Source: Lama guanicoe
Taxonomy: Eukaryota
Assembly: GCA_013239625.1 (NCBI GenBank)
Contig: MU054220.1
Location: forward strand, 5,874,626-5,938,625
Length of the DNA: 64,000 nt
Direction of reading: 5' to 3'
The stretch's first letter is position 1; each line of letters begins with the position of its first letter. Below are positions 52,451 to 64,000 of the stretch, piece by piece. The notes under the pieces are model-generated. The model made no database searches, had not been told where the DNA came from, and was given only the letters and a program-made list of their open reading frames with translations. Made by a program: the position numbers and the translations under genes.

Positions 52451-54519
52451 CCTATACAATCTCATAGTATCTTTTACTTCCTTTGTCTAACCACATGTAT
52501 ATAAATTGCAGTTCGACAAAGCCTTCCATCTTGGTCCTGCTCACAGTCATTGTTGCATGGAGCATCTTTTTCTAGATCAATGCACTATGCATGGAAGCTT
52601 CTCCATGACACACGTCTCATTTCATTGGATATGCTTTAATTCTTCTTTTCTTGTCTCTTTCATATACTGACTCCATTCTAGGTCCAATGAGAAAGATGTT
52701 GTTCAAACAATGCCAAAGCCTGCTATGAACTTCAAGGGAATAAAGTTTGTATTTAGCTGGAAGAATTAGAGAATGTTTTTAAAGCACTTTGGAAGGGGGA
52801 AAAAAATCCCCCTACTGTAATTATTAGTGATTTCCATTCATATAGGAAGTCTCAGAGCATTAACGAACACTGACAAGAGAGTCTGTACCCTACACTCAGA
52901 AACTTAGCTGGTGGAAGCTGATGGCGAAGTTTTAAATGGCAAGATCTCCTTGGATTCTGAGCCGAAACCTGAGGATAATGAGTTTTCATTGTAAGAATCT
53001 GGCCAAAAGGGCACTGATAGCTGCTTCAAGAAAGAGGAAAAATTGTATCACTAGTTCATATCTGGGTTCAATTTTTGCTTTCTTTCACGAAGATTAAAAA
53101 ATTAATTAATTTAAGTGAATGGGTTTTCTTTTTCTGAGTTTACCCCCTTTTGGTGCTTGATGAACACTTTTTTTTTCTTTCTGAAGTCTTTAAAAAATAT
53201 ATGGTGATAAATGCATGACGTTAAAATCGATCTCCACCTTGAGACCTTTTTGTAACTTGCCTCATGAGGCTGCTTTCTGAAATTGTGCAGCGAGTGTCAG
53301 TTTGCAAACTGCATAGCTTCCCATGTGCTTTCAGGGGAGTTGGTGCTGGAACCGAGTGGAAGGCTCTTGTTTGTCCGCCACAAAGATGGTTAAACAGTCG
53401 GGATCAAGAAGAAGGAAATGTGACTGAAGTAAACCATGAAAACGTGCTTTCAGCTCCTTCAGTCTCTCTAACTCAAGAGATTTAGACATTTGAAAACACA
53501 GCAATAATCTTTCTCAAAATATGATAATTCCGGTCAGCATCTATTTTGCAGAAACTTAAGAGCATGAACAAGTGAAAACGAAATACTTTCAGGACAATCA
53601 GAATCCAAATCATAGAAGAATTATAAAGAAACTCAGTCTTATTACTTTTCTAAGTGCAGACAGTTGTTTGGCTTGCCCATATACAAAATATTTCCAATTA
53701 CAGGTTAGACGGGGCTTGACAACTAAATAGAGAGTTTTCATTTATACTTAGAAGTTTTTTCATAGTGAATATATCTAAAATGCTAGGTAATTGTTTATCC
53801 TTTTAAGTATAATTCTCCCCTCCCCAATTTTTAAAATAATAATATTATACAGTACATTGCACTTAAAGTAGAAAAATAAATTTCATCCAGAACCAAGCCA
53901 ATGAAATACATTTTAAATTTATAGCTTAATCTAAGTTCACATATTAACTTATACATCTAATTACATTAATTCTTGAATTTATTTACTCTAAGCAATGTGC
54001 TGGGTCCTCAGATAGCCAGAAAAGAAATGAAAAAAAAAGTGCTAGATCCTGCACTCAGGGGCTCAGTCTAACTCTAACCTTAAACCAAATCCTTACCCTA
54101 CCCATATCTTATCATGCATAAACTATAAATCACAAGTCACCATAATAAGGTAGAATGAAGAACCAGTATAAAATGACCCAAAGGAATGAATGACTCATGG
54201 GAAAGAGTTTATATTTTATCCACCAAGACAACAGACTCCAATGTGGAATGAGTCAGCCTCAGAGATGCTCAAGGCACCCCACTGGGACACTAGAGGAAGA
54301 TAAAGAACACCTCTTTATGTTTATTTTTATCTTGTCTTATTTATTGTGTGTGTGTATGTGTGTGGTTTTTACTATACACGTTACATGAAAAACATGAACA
54401 ACTTATGAATAGATAATAGACATATTCTGAGAGTGCTTGCTTTTTTTATTTTTGACTCTCAGCGTACACAATATAGAAATTGTAGGCTGCTTACCTTAGA
54501 ATTGTCAAGCTACTGGATG

Positions 54520-54945
54520 ATTACTTTTAGATGGCTAAGATAAAGCCTGGTTTATATTTTAGGAAGATTACTTGGTAACAATGGGGAGGGTGAATGAAAG
54601 GGAGTAAACACTGACAAAGATGGAAGTGAAAGATGATGCATTTCTGAACTGAAGTAAGTGATGGGGAAATGAAGACTAGGAGACTGATTTACAGTCTGTT
54701 AGGGAGGATGAATAAATAAGAATTAGCATAATGTGAAGTGTGAGGCGAAAGGATGCCTAGAGAGACTCCACCTCCCAGATTGTAGGTTTGATGATAGAAA
54801 AAAATGATACATCATTAACTGAGATATTTAATAAAAGAAAGGATTGGGGCTGATCTAAAATAAGGGGAAGCATGAGTTCAGTTTACCATTTGAGTTGGGG
54901 ATGTGGATGGAACATTTTTCTCGGTAGAGATGGTCAGGTAGCAGT
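54520..54945 (-). mobile_element. LINE-2 remnant
   Basis: GA-rich antisense L2 blocks: TATATTTTAGGAAGATTACT, CATTAACTGAGAT, ATGAGTTCAGTTT...GAGTTG, GAGATGGTCAGGTAGCAGTT. Confidence 0.7.
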
Positions 54946-57700
54946 TCAACATTTAAATCTTTTCCTGAAGAGGAACCAGACAATGACCAGATTGATGAGT
55001 TTTTTAAACATAGATGGAAGCATGGGGTTTTTAAAAATCTTTTATATGAGAAAGCCAATTTTAGATTCCTTGGAATTAAACCTTGTACATGGATGGAATA
55101 AATTGTTGCTTCCATAATATCATTTCTTAGTGCTAGAAGATTCTTTCTGAAGTAGGCCTACATTTGCAGTCCCAAAGGTAGGAGTCTTGGAGTCCACACA
55201 TTTAATAGAATCAACAAGATTGGCTTAACCATTAGGATGGCTGCAGAGATCAAAACAGGGCTGAATGTAATTGCAAGATTGCAGCAAAGGGTTAAGGATA
55301 GGACAGCATTATGAAGGGTCTGAACTGAACTGGGGTCCTAAAGACATTTAGGACCAAGAGAAATCTAAGAGGTGTAGCTAAACAATGAAAGAAAAGGGAT
55401 AAACCTGGAACTTCATCAAGTGTCCTGTTCCTCTCTGTACTGCCCACATTTTGCAGATGGCCTGCTACGGTGTGGATTCTGATTACTGTCGATGCAATGA
55501 AAGGTGAAAGGATTACACATAGGAAAAGTTATACAACGTGAAATGAGAAGCCAGTTCATTCTGATCATTATTAATTGATAGTCATTGGATTTTTGGGTCA
55601 TGGGGTCAGGTCTTTTGGATCCTGTCCTTCTTATAACAAAAGGGTATATAAAGGAGTACTATAGCAAATGCCAATAGCTTTGTAAAAATTTCAAACATTT
55701 AGGCTCCAAGGGCTAATTACTATTAACATATTTGTATAGTACCTTATGGATCTTTGTGTGTGTGGGTGTGTGTGTGGTGGTGAATTTATATGTGAATTTT
55801 ATTATTATGAATATATGTATATCCTATTTTTTTAAATTGGTTTATACAAACATACTAATGTGTAGGCTTCATTCACCATTCACCAATTTATTTCAATGTA
55901 TTTCTCATTTTTAAAGGCTATATTGGTGTATAAAGGCTATACAAGAATTATAATTTAGAAAAGCCATGGCCATTTATTTCTCTCCAATTCTTTCATCATG
56001 ATACACAAAGTTTCAGTGATGCGAGGGAAATCTTTAAAATTAAAATCCTCAAGAAATGAAGCCTATTATATGAAAACTTCTTATTTAAGTGTATAATCAT
56101 CAGCACAACTGCTAATAGTAGGAGAGGACTACACACACTGAAATCATCTGAGGGTATAGCAGATGTACAACTGCTACCTCATGTTCATTCTGGGATGGGC
56201 AGAACTACCTGAACAATTTAAATTTGATACATGTGTGCATATATATTAATGAATGCATGTATATTCAAAATGTCTATGTGTGTGTAAGAATGTCTGTGAG
56301 TGTGTTTATGTACCAATAATTGGATTTGTATAAGTCAGATGCATAGATGCACGTGTGATGTGATTACTAAGCCTTGTCTCCCCAGAGCTAGGAGTTGGCT
56401 GTGAGAGACAGTAAAGCTGTCTGAACAATACCTAAATTCAAGAAATTCAAGTTTGGAAAATCTATTGTATTTCTTAGATATTTTCTTTATTGCCATTGAC
56501 AGCCCAACAAACTATCCTAAACTATAAATATAAACTTTAGAAGTGGCCTTCAATGTCAGCTAAATGCTGATGCTCAAATAATGTTTTAGCCTTTGATTTT
56601 GTCTCAATTTTCTTTGCAGGGAGACTTTCCCTTTGTGGTATGTAAAGCCAGGGCACATAGTAGGTGCTTTGTAAATATTAATCAAAAGAGTGATGGTGAG
56701 CTGTGTTAAACTCAGAAATAAGGAAGAAGATTCTTTTTGCAAACAATTCTAGCAAAAATCCTGTAGTTAAGCCCCCTTGACCCAGTGCCTGTCACCTGTC
56801 TTGCTGCACCAACTTTGTAGTCAAGGGTATAAAATGCACAGGTGGGCCAGGTATCCTTACCTGAGATATATTACAAATAAGGATGTGATTTGATGCACCT
56901 AATGCACAGATTTTGTACCTGATCATCTACTAGGTATTTGAAAGATCTGAAAATGCATGTGATACCTTCTCTATCTGAAATGAATTCACCACCTGGTAAA
57001 GAAATTAACAATTCAGATATGGATTGGTAAATTTGTATTATCTATTCCTTTACTTATGGGATTTCAAGAACCTTCAATTTAGTATACATCATATAATTTG
57101 CAAAAGAAACTCTGTAACTGTCTTTCAAAATACTGTGCTAAATTATCATCAGTAAACATAAAATATTTAGGACTCAATAATACAAAAGTGCTTTTTTATG
57201 CTAAGTGTATGTGTTTTGCTTTCTAAATTAATTATTACTATATTTATGTAAATAAACTTCTCCAAAGGGAAATTATCCTAAAAGTCTAATATTGTTCATT
57301 GTGTCCAGAAGAAAATACAAATTTTAAAAAGTCTACTCTTTGGAGGGTGTAAAAATTACTGCAATGAGATATTTGAGTCAAAACTGTGATCATCATGCAC
57401 AGACAACCATGTTATAGTTTCTTCTTCATGGTGAAGCCATATGTTCTGACTTCACTGAATTAAAGTTATAATTCTCACTCTTGAGGCCAAATGCATGCAG
57501 TTATTTGGAAAGCCAAGTGGAACCTGATTGCTTATCCTATCAACTTTTCCATCAGCTAAGGTCTTGGCTTAGGATGTTTTAGTGATAATGCATGAAAAAT
57601 GTATCAAGAATGTAGCAGGGTTTGTCACCAACTGGAAAGAATTGACAGAAATGATGTTTCTTCTATCATCAGAGCTTTTGTACTAAAAAGATTAAAACTT

Positions 57701-57771
57701 ATAAGTTGACCCATATGAAATTGCCCTTTTTTATATCAAGGTGTCAAATATCAACATCTGATTCAACCTAA
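57701..57771. mobile_element. MADE2-like mariner MITE
   Basis: AAGTTGACCCATATGAAATTGCC ... GATTCAACCTAATA; short inverted-repeat element ending in TA. Confidence 0.75.
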
Positions 57772-59799
57772 TATGTAAGCAAATAATACCTACCAAAGTA
57801 CATGAATAGACAGGACACAGTTAAAATAGTTTTAACTTTTTTCCCCTGTGTGGTTTATATGCTCTTATAGCTTAGCCAAACTTTTATTCTTTGGTAGTGT
57901 TAGGTAAATTTTAGCTCAAGCGCTAAAGTTGAAGTATCAGAAATATTTAATTTGTGTGGCCCAAATTAATGAGGTTGAGGTTCTGCTGTACTGCTTTGTA
58001 AAATTCACACATGTTGACTTCTTGTGGGAGGGGAGCCTCGTGCAAGAATGTCTCCACCTCAACCCAGTTACTACAAATTCAAATAATACTGACTTTAGCA
58101 TCTCATCCTGAGAAATTGACATAATTAAGCACTCTTCAAAGAAAAATAGACTCTGATATCTCTGATGCTATTAAATATTTACTGTGCACATCACTGCAGT
58201 AAATTCTCTGACAGAAAGTGATTCTACCAAAGCAGATCAAATGAGAACACCATATCGCCTTGTAGCAAGTGTATCCAGCTCTATACATTATTAAACAATG
58301 TATCTATCTATATGCATAAAATATAAATGCAGGAGCTGCGCAGTGCGGAGGCTGAAAAGCCTATGAAAGTATGTCTGGAATATGTTTCCTGATGCTTCCA
58401 ATTCTCAGCTCAGACAGGAAGCTCACTGTGCTTATTTCTATAGGCATGGATTCCTTTATATTAAATATTCACCCCCACACTGCAATTAGAATTAAGGCGA
58501 AAATAATAATTAAATTATAGTAGGGAGTGTAGTTCCTCGTGCAAAAAATTAAATCAAGGGAATCAAAAAACTTAGAGAATTAAAAAATCAACCCAAGTTA
58601 TGTCAAGCCCCGAACTGGTGTTTTCTGATATGAAACCCAACCTAGGAGCAAAGGAGGGAAAAAATACCTGCCTGATACCTGTTCACATCTTCTTTTCTCG
58701 CTGTCCAGAAAGACTGAGGGAACCAGAATGGCAAAGCTATCTTTTGTTGAAATGCCATTTAACTTCTGAATGTCTCTGGGTTCCAGATGGGAGAACAGAG
58801 GTGCTAGACATTTTTTTCCAAAATAACTTGATTTAAAAAAAATAATAACTTGAAAAACCTAAGACATTTGGTAAAGACTAAGAAGAGACTCTGTAATCAG
58901 CTAATTTGAACTCCTTCAAACTCTATATTCCAATTACTCAGCTGGATAATTATTACTCCAACCATTCTCAAAGAGAACCTGTCTAGTTAGGAAGTTAACT
59001 AGTCATTGGCATGGTAATTCAAAAAGGAGTTCTTCAGAGCACCAGAAAATACAAATGCATGTGGAGAGGAGAACAGAAATAGAAATATTGACCAAATGTC
59101 TGCCAGATACTATCATAGTGTTTTGCTTGATTTATTTTTTAGCCATCAGGAGGAATTTGAGGTAAATAATATTATTATCACTTTTTAAGTGAGGAAACTG
59201 AGGTTTATTCAGGCAGAAAATTTCAGGCCTCAAATTCAAATCCATATTTCAATCAAAGATCCATACTCTATTACCTAGAGAATGTTGCTTCCCTAAAAAT
59301 AAATTTAGACAATACAAGATTAAGTGCTAACGTAAATACAACGTTTTAGATTTCAGATAAGAAGATGCAAAAGTAAAATAACAAGTGGGAGTTTGCAGGA
59401 TCTTTTTCCAAGAGATCTTCTACCAGGACATCACACCGTACCTTCTTGTCTATACTTCCAGCTCCATCGTTGGAAGCAGGCGGAGTTTGAGGTCGAAAAA
59501 CAAGTCAGTAAAGTTGAGACTTTGGTTTTTGTTTGTTTATTGTTTATTTTATTTTGTTTTGCTCTCTAGTCTTACAATTCTAATCTCCAAACAGACTGGG
59601 CATTTTCTACTGATTACACCAAAATTGGCTCCACTGTGTTGTTTTCAATTATGGCCTGACTGGTTCTATAAATTTCACTCTTAATAAATAGAAAACATTT
59701 ACTAATAATGATTCTTAAACATTTTAGGGTATCTCCAAAGAGCTGAAGAGCTTGATGAAATTCTGTTTGAGAGAGTGAACATTTTTCTTTAGCTTACTC

Positions 59800-61350
59800 T
59801 TAAATGTTTATAATAAGCACTATTAAAAACAAATGTTTTACAAACTCAGAGAAAGATGAATCCCCTAAAACAATTAAAACCCATTTACCTAGATACTGAT
59901 TGCTTCTTTCACTAGTTATCAAATAAATGTGTGAATACATATAGAAATTTTGATGTGTACACTGAAGTGTATAAAGAGGCAGAACCAAAAAAATCACCCA
60001 TCAAGAAAATAATTGTCAGCATGTTGGTAGGCTTATTTCTTATTTTTCCTATGTTTATTTCTGTATATTTTATATTTCACACATATATAATTTTTATTTA
60101 GCATTTTCCTTAAATGTTGTAGGAATTTTTCCCATGTCACTATAAATTCCTTGTAAGCATAACTGAAGGTTCATTAATGTTTAATTCTAGATCACCCTAA
60201 ATGTCAGACATTTTCTCACCCAACAGAAATAATACTTTGATCAATATCATTTTGCGAAATTATTGGTCCACACTTCTTACAATTGCCATAGCATTGCATC
60301 CCAGAAGGGAACTAGTAAAACTAAAGAATATGAGCTTAAAAAAAAAAGTCTTTCATTCTAAAATTTTTCAAATGTGTGTAAGAGTAAAACTCTCATCGAA
60401 GCTCTCATTTATACACTACAATTATCAGTATTTTGTCCCTTTAGATTTGATCTTTTCATTTTCTCACTCTTTTTTGTTACTTTTTATCAGTTTTGCAGAT
60501 CATTTTATCATTATATTTCACCACTAAATTTTTCAATATGCCTTCTTTAAAAAGAAAGGACATGAACACTTTGCATAACGCCAACATTACTATTGCACCT
60601 AACACCTAAATTCTAAAAATTAACAATAGCTACTTTATGTCATCACGTACTCAGCCTATATTCAAATCAAAAAAAAAAAATCCTATTGTCCAGTTGGTCA
60701 GTTGGAATCAGAATCCACCAAGTTTAACCCACTGCATTTTGTTGTCCTCTATTGTGTTTCTTAAATCTCTTTTAATTTATGAGTATCCGCCTTTCGATCT
60801 TATTTTCCTGTATCATTAACTGGTTTTAGGAAACAACTCTGTTTCTCAGTAAAACTTGCATGTTTCATCTGATTGCTTTTTCATGATGTAATTCAACTTA
60901 TCCCTATACATTTCGTTCTTCTTATAAAGTCCCAGCAAGATCACTTTCTCGGGCTGTTTTGTCCTTCACATTATATTTCATCAGGCATCACAGGTAAGAT
61001 GATTGATTTCCCAGTGTCAGCCTGACTCCTCTATTATCAAGTTGCATGTTTCCTTAAACCATTGGTAAGTTATTCATGGAGTCATATTTTATTCTGGAAT
61101 AAGTTCTCTGTTTACTTTTCCTCTCGAGGCTTTAGCAATCATTGATGAACATTGTTTAAATAAATTACTTCATTATAGATTGCAAATGAAAAGAAAAGAG
61201 ATTATTTTATTCATGTTGCTTAATTGCTTTCCTGAAAGATTTCATCAAATTATACACTCATATCAACATGTAATTATATCTTTATCATCACACCCTTGCC
61301 TCATGAGTATTGTTTTAGGAAAAAATATTTATTTACTTGGATAAAAATAT
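59800..61350 (-). mobile_element. Highly diverged LINE-1 remnants (L1ME-like)
   Basis: T-rich antisense L1 3'-UTR-like blocks (AAATTTTGATGTGTACACTGAAGT, AATTAACAATAGCTACTTTATGTCATC, CACTGCATTTTGTTGT...TTCTTAAATCTCTTTTAAT). Confidence 0.55.
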
Positions 61351-61655
61351 TTATTTGTTGTTATATGAAATTTTACAAATGGTTCCAGTATACTTTTTCT
61401 TTCTCTATCTTCTATTATCACATGATATCACAATGTAGTCAATTTAAACTGGAGTAATAGACAAAATCTGTGACAGAATTTTATTTTTATGTTATCTATC
61501 TTAAATCTCAACTTTCCTTCCCTTGAAACTCTGTAGTAAAGTATTTTTAAATAATGGGCTTCTTGGAAAAACAAATGTTAGCATAAAATAATGTATTTTA
61601 TGATCAAAAAGTAGGACGTTTCATAGATTGTTGTTTGTTCGCTTCTGTTCTACTC

Positions 61656-61703
61656 AGGGGTCAGCAAACTTCCTGTAAAGGGCCAAATATTAAATAATTT
61701 TTC
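61656..61703 (+). mobile_element. MER58-like hAT-Charlie 5' fragment
   Basis: CAGGGGTCAGCAAACTTCCTGTAAAGGGCCAAATATTAAATA. Confidence 0.7.
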
Positions 61704-61714
61704 ATATTCCATCT

Positions 61715-62640
61715 TTTAGAAGCAAGTCACAGTCCTGCCCATGATCAAGAGGAAGTGATTATGAAAGGGTGTAAATTACAGGGATTTGGAGTCCTGGGGA
61801 TGGCCCTCGGCTCTAATGTGTCTTGAGTGTTAGACTTCATTGTTAAGTACTGAATTTATTAGACTTTTGTGACACTATGTCTTTAGTCTTTTTTTTTTTC
61901 CCCTGAGCCATTTTGTCCAAATGAGAGGATTTTCTGGGACCACCTTAATCTCTAGAAAATTTAACTAAGTGCTTTATGGACAGGCTATTGATTTGGTCTC
62001 TGCCCTGAGGTTGTGACCTATTGTTACTCCGTCTTTTTCAACTTTTATTTTTTGGTGATGAGACATTGTTGCATCTTTCCACCCATCAAGTGCAAGAATT
62101 TCTGTATTACCTCTTTTACCAATAATTCTATTTGCAAACCTGCCAAATTTTTTCCAAGTCATCTCTGTCTTAGGACCATGTTAAGTGCACCTAATAGCAA
62201 TGAAGGCAAACCAGTAAAATTCACTTTTGCTATTCCTTTGCCAAAAACCGTAAGATATGATATTTGTTTTCCAAATTATCTCAAGCAAAGATGACATCAA
62301 ATGTTTCGCCATTGAAATATCACTTTTAGTTGGAAAGAGAAAGGAATAAAGGCCAACAGAAGTCATTTTTCCAATCTCCATTAACAATTCCTTCACTGCT
62401 CAATACCTAACCCTGCAGCCAGTGTCACATATTTTGGGTGCTACTTTTTTGACTGTCCCCCTTATCTAGGTACAAACTTCTATTTAGTCACTGGTGCCTT
62501 ATTGATAAATGACCTCCAAATCTCAGAAGCTTGAAAGAAGAAAACTGTGTAATCCTCATAATCATAATACGTCAATTGAGGGTCAGTGCTGAATCTGCTC
62601 CTACTCAAATCTTGCTCTTTTCAAAAGAATACCATCCTCC
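61715..62640 (-). mobile_element. MaLR element remnant: MLT1 LTR fragments plus internal region
   Basis: AGAAGCAAGTCACAGTCCTGCCCA LTR block. Internal/LTR junction GCCAGTGTCACATATTTTGGGT...CCCCTTATCTAGGTACAAACTTCTATTTAGTCA. Confidence 0.6.
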
Positions 62641-63029
62641 CCATTGTTGCTGCTTCTTCAGCAAGAACTTCATATAAAGAAGGTCTTTGGTACACAGCTG
62701 AGCTGAAATGAGCTACTAGCTGAGCCGTCACAAACGGGCAGCTGATATGTAACGTGTGAGAAATAAATCTTTGCTGTTAGAAAACCCTGGGATGTCGTGG
62801 CCACTTGTTACTATCGCAAAGCTTACAAATATGTAGTCTCTTACTAGATGGCCGTAATAAGAAAGGAGTCTGTGGGAAATGGGAACAGTAGTCTGGGATG
62901 AATGGCAGAAAGATGTACGTCTGGTTGTTCAGAAATTAGTTTCTATGCAGTAGAAAAACAATTATATATATATATATGGGTTTACGTGCATTTGTGTGTA
63001 TGTATGTATACATGTATATGCATGTGTAT

Positions 63030-63310
63030 AGATAGAAAGATGGATGATTGAAAGAAGGAAGGAAAAGAAAGAATGGATGGATGAAGGAAGAAAGGAAAGA
63101 GAAAGAAAGAAAGAAGAAAGAAAGAAAAGAAAGAAAGAAAGAGAGAGAGAAAGAAAAGAAAAAGAGAAAGGAAGGAAGGAAGGAAGAGAGGGAGGAAGGA
63201 AGAAAGGAAAGAAAGAAAAAGAAAGGAGGAAGGAAGGAAGGAAAGAAAGAAGAAGGAAGGAAAGAAAGGAAGGAAGGAAGGAGGGAGGGAGAAAAGTAAG
63301 ATAGAAGGAA
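63030..63310. repeat. Compound (GAAA)n/(GGAA)n/(GA)n purine-rich microsatellite
   Basis: Seen directly. 63083-63296 contains only A and G. Preceded by (TA)n/(TG)n-like low-complexity sequence. Confidence 0.98.
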
Positions 63311-63642
63311 TTTTTAGGGAAATAGCCTTCCCCTAGACTTAGAAGCAGAATGGTGGGGGTAGGTTGGCGAATCAAACTTTTTTTTCAAGAGTGTCTATGG
63401 CCATCTGGGCTATCCTGGCTCTGAAAAAAATATATACAGATAGTCTAAACACATACTTCTCAAACCATCTTTACAGATGGTGTTGTAATTAGAGATTTCC
63501 TTCACACCTGGCTTTAGGTCATATTTTTCACTCGTAGTCTGGTTGTTAACTTTTGCCCTTTTTATATCTTTGTGGGTATTTTTAAGGAAACTTCTCGGAG
63601 GGCATATGGAGAATTCTTAGTGTTCTTCAGTATTAGGCTAGA

Positions 63643-63648
63643 TTTATT
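63643..63648 (-). promoter_or_regulatory. Candidate polyadenylation signal (AATAAA) for the minus-strand gene
   Basis: First minus-strand AATAAA after the stop codon, about 140 nt downstream. Its use is not demonstrated. Confidence 0.3.
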
Positions 63649-63785
63649 TTCCAGTACTTTTGGGTTGGTGTTTTTCTTCCACCTCCTTTTTTTAACAGTG
63701 TAAATAGGACATTGCATACTCTCCCTATTGTGGCTTGCTTACTTAGAAACGGAATCAACCTCGTGGAAATGAGGTGTTATTATGT

Positions 63786-64000
63786 TCAATGAGATTGTTG
63801 GTGGCTGTCATCATCTCTCTCGATTGTTGGCGTGAACGGGGAGAGCTCACTGGGGAGGACAGATGGAGCCCTGCTGTTGGGACGTTCCGCGCTCTCTCCA
63901 GCGCACACGCCGTTCCTGGTAGGCAGGCGCTCTACGTTCCCGCAGCCTTCTCTTCCACCAGGAGGTGGTATCACACGATGTGTCAGGGAGGCTTTATAGC
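63786..64000 (-). CDS. Partial terminal coding exon of an unidentified protein-coding gene (C-terminus ...YKASLTHRVIPPPGGREGCGNVERLPTRNGVCAGESAERPNSRAPSVLPSELSPFTPTIERDDDSHQQSH*)
   Basis: Frame is open from the window edge to TGA at 63788-63786. GC and CpG content rise sharply exactly over the frame and drop after the stop. It is not repeat-like and the peptide looks like a plausible disordered C-terminal tail. The listed GTG start is internal, not a true start. Confidence 0.7.
   Translation of the reverse strand, partial: YKASLTHRVIPPPGGREGCGNVERLPTRNGVCAGESAERPNSRAPSVLPSELSPFTPTIERDDDSHQQSH

Noticed and set aside
59385..59520. Locally CpG-containing segment that could be an exon
   Set aside because: No convincing pair of splice sites and no recognisable peptide.
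62962..63375. ORFs of 137, 86 and 83 aa rich in F/L/S or K/E/R/G
   Set aside because: They are translations of the GAAA/GGAA microsatellite, which lacks stop codons by composition.
1..64000. CRISPR arrays, prokaryotic operons or defence systems, NUMT, intact retroviral gag/pol/env
   Set aside because: No regularly spaced direct repeats, no long ORFs, and no mitochondrial or RT/integrase motifs were seen. The sequence is typical mammalian non-coding DNA.

Overview
AT-rich placental-mammal genomic DNA, very probably camelid (camel/alpaca/llama), judged from three copies of a short tRNA-derived SINE of the Vic-1 type. Almost the whole window is non-coding (intergenic or intronic). It is densely populated with ancient eutherian repeats (MIR, L2, L1M, MLT1/MaLR LTRs, ERVL/ERV1 LTRs, MER115, Tigger2, MADE2) and younger lineage-specific ones (SINEs with target-site duplications, two solo ERV1-type LTRs with intact 4-bp TSDs, a cetartiodactyl-type L1 3' end). 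The only convincing coding sequence is the C-terminal end of a minus-strand gene entering from the right edge (63786-64000); I cannot name it. All other ORFs in the track look like chance or repeat-derived frames. I found no CRISPR array, rRNA, true tRNA, prokaryote-type system or intact viral gene, and no clearly novel multi-gene system. The most interesting signals are non-coding: a nested-palindrome element at about 25.4 kb inside a repeat-poor, homeodomain/POU-motif-rich block, a probable ancient Helitron-type relic at about 40.8 kb, and an unassigned LTR-like element at 48.1-48.9 kb. Repeat family names come from my recall of consensus sequences, not from a database search, and boundaries of old repeats are approximate.
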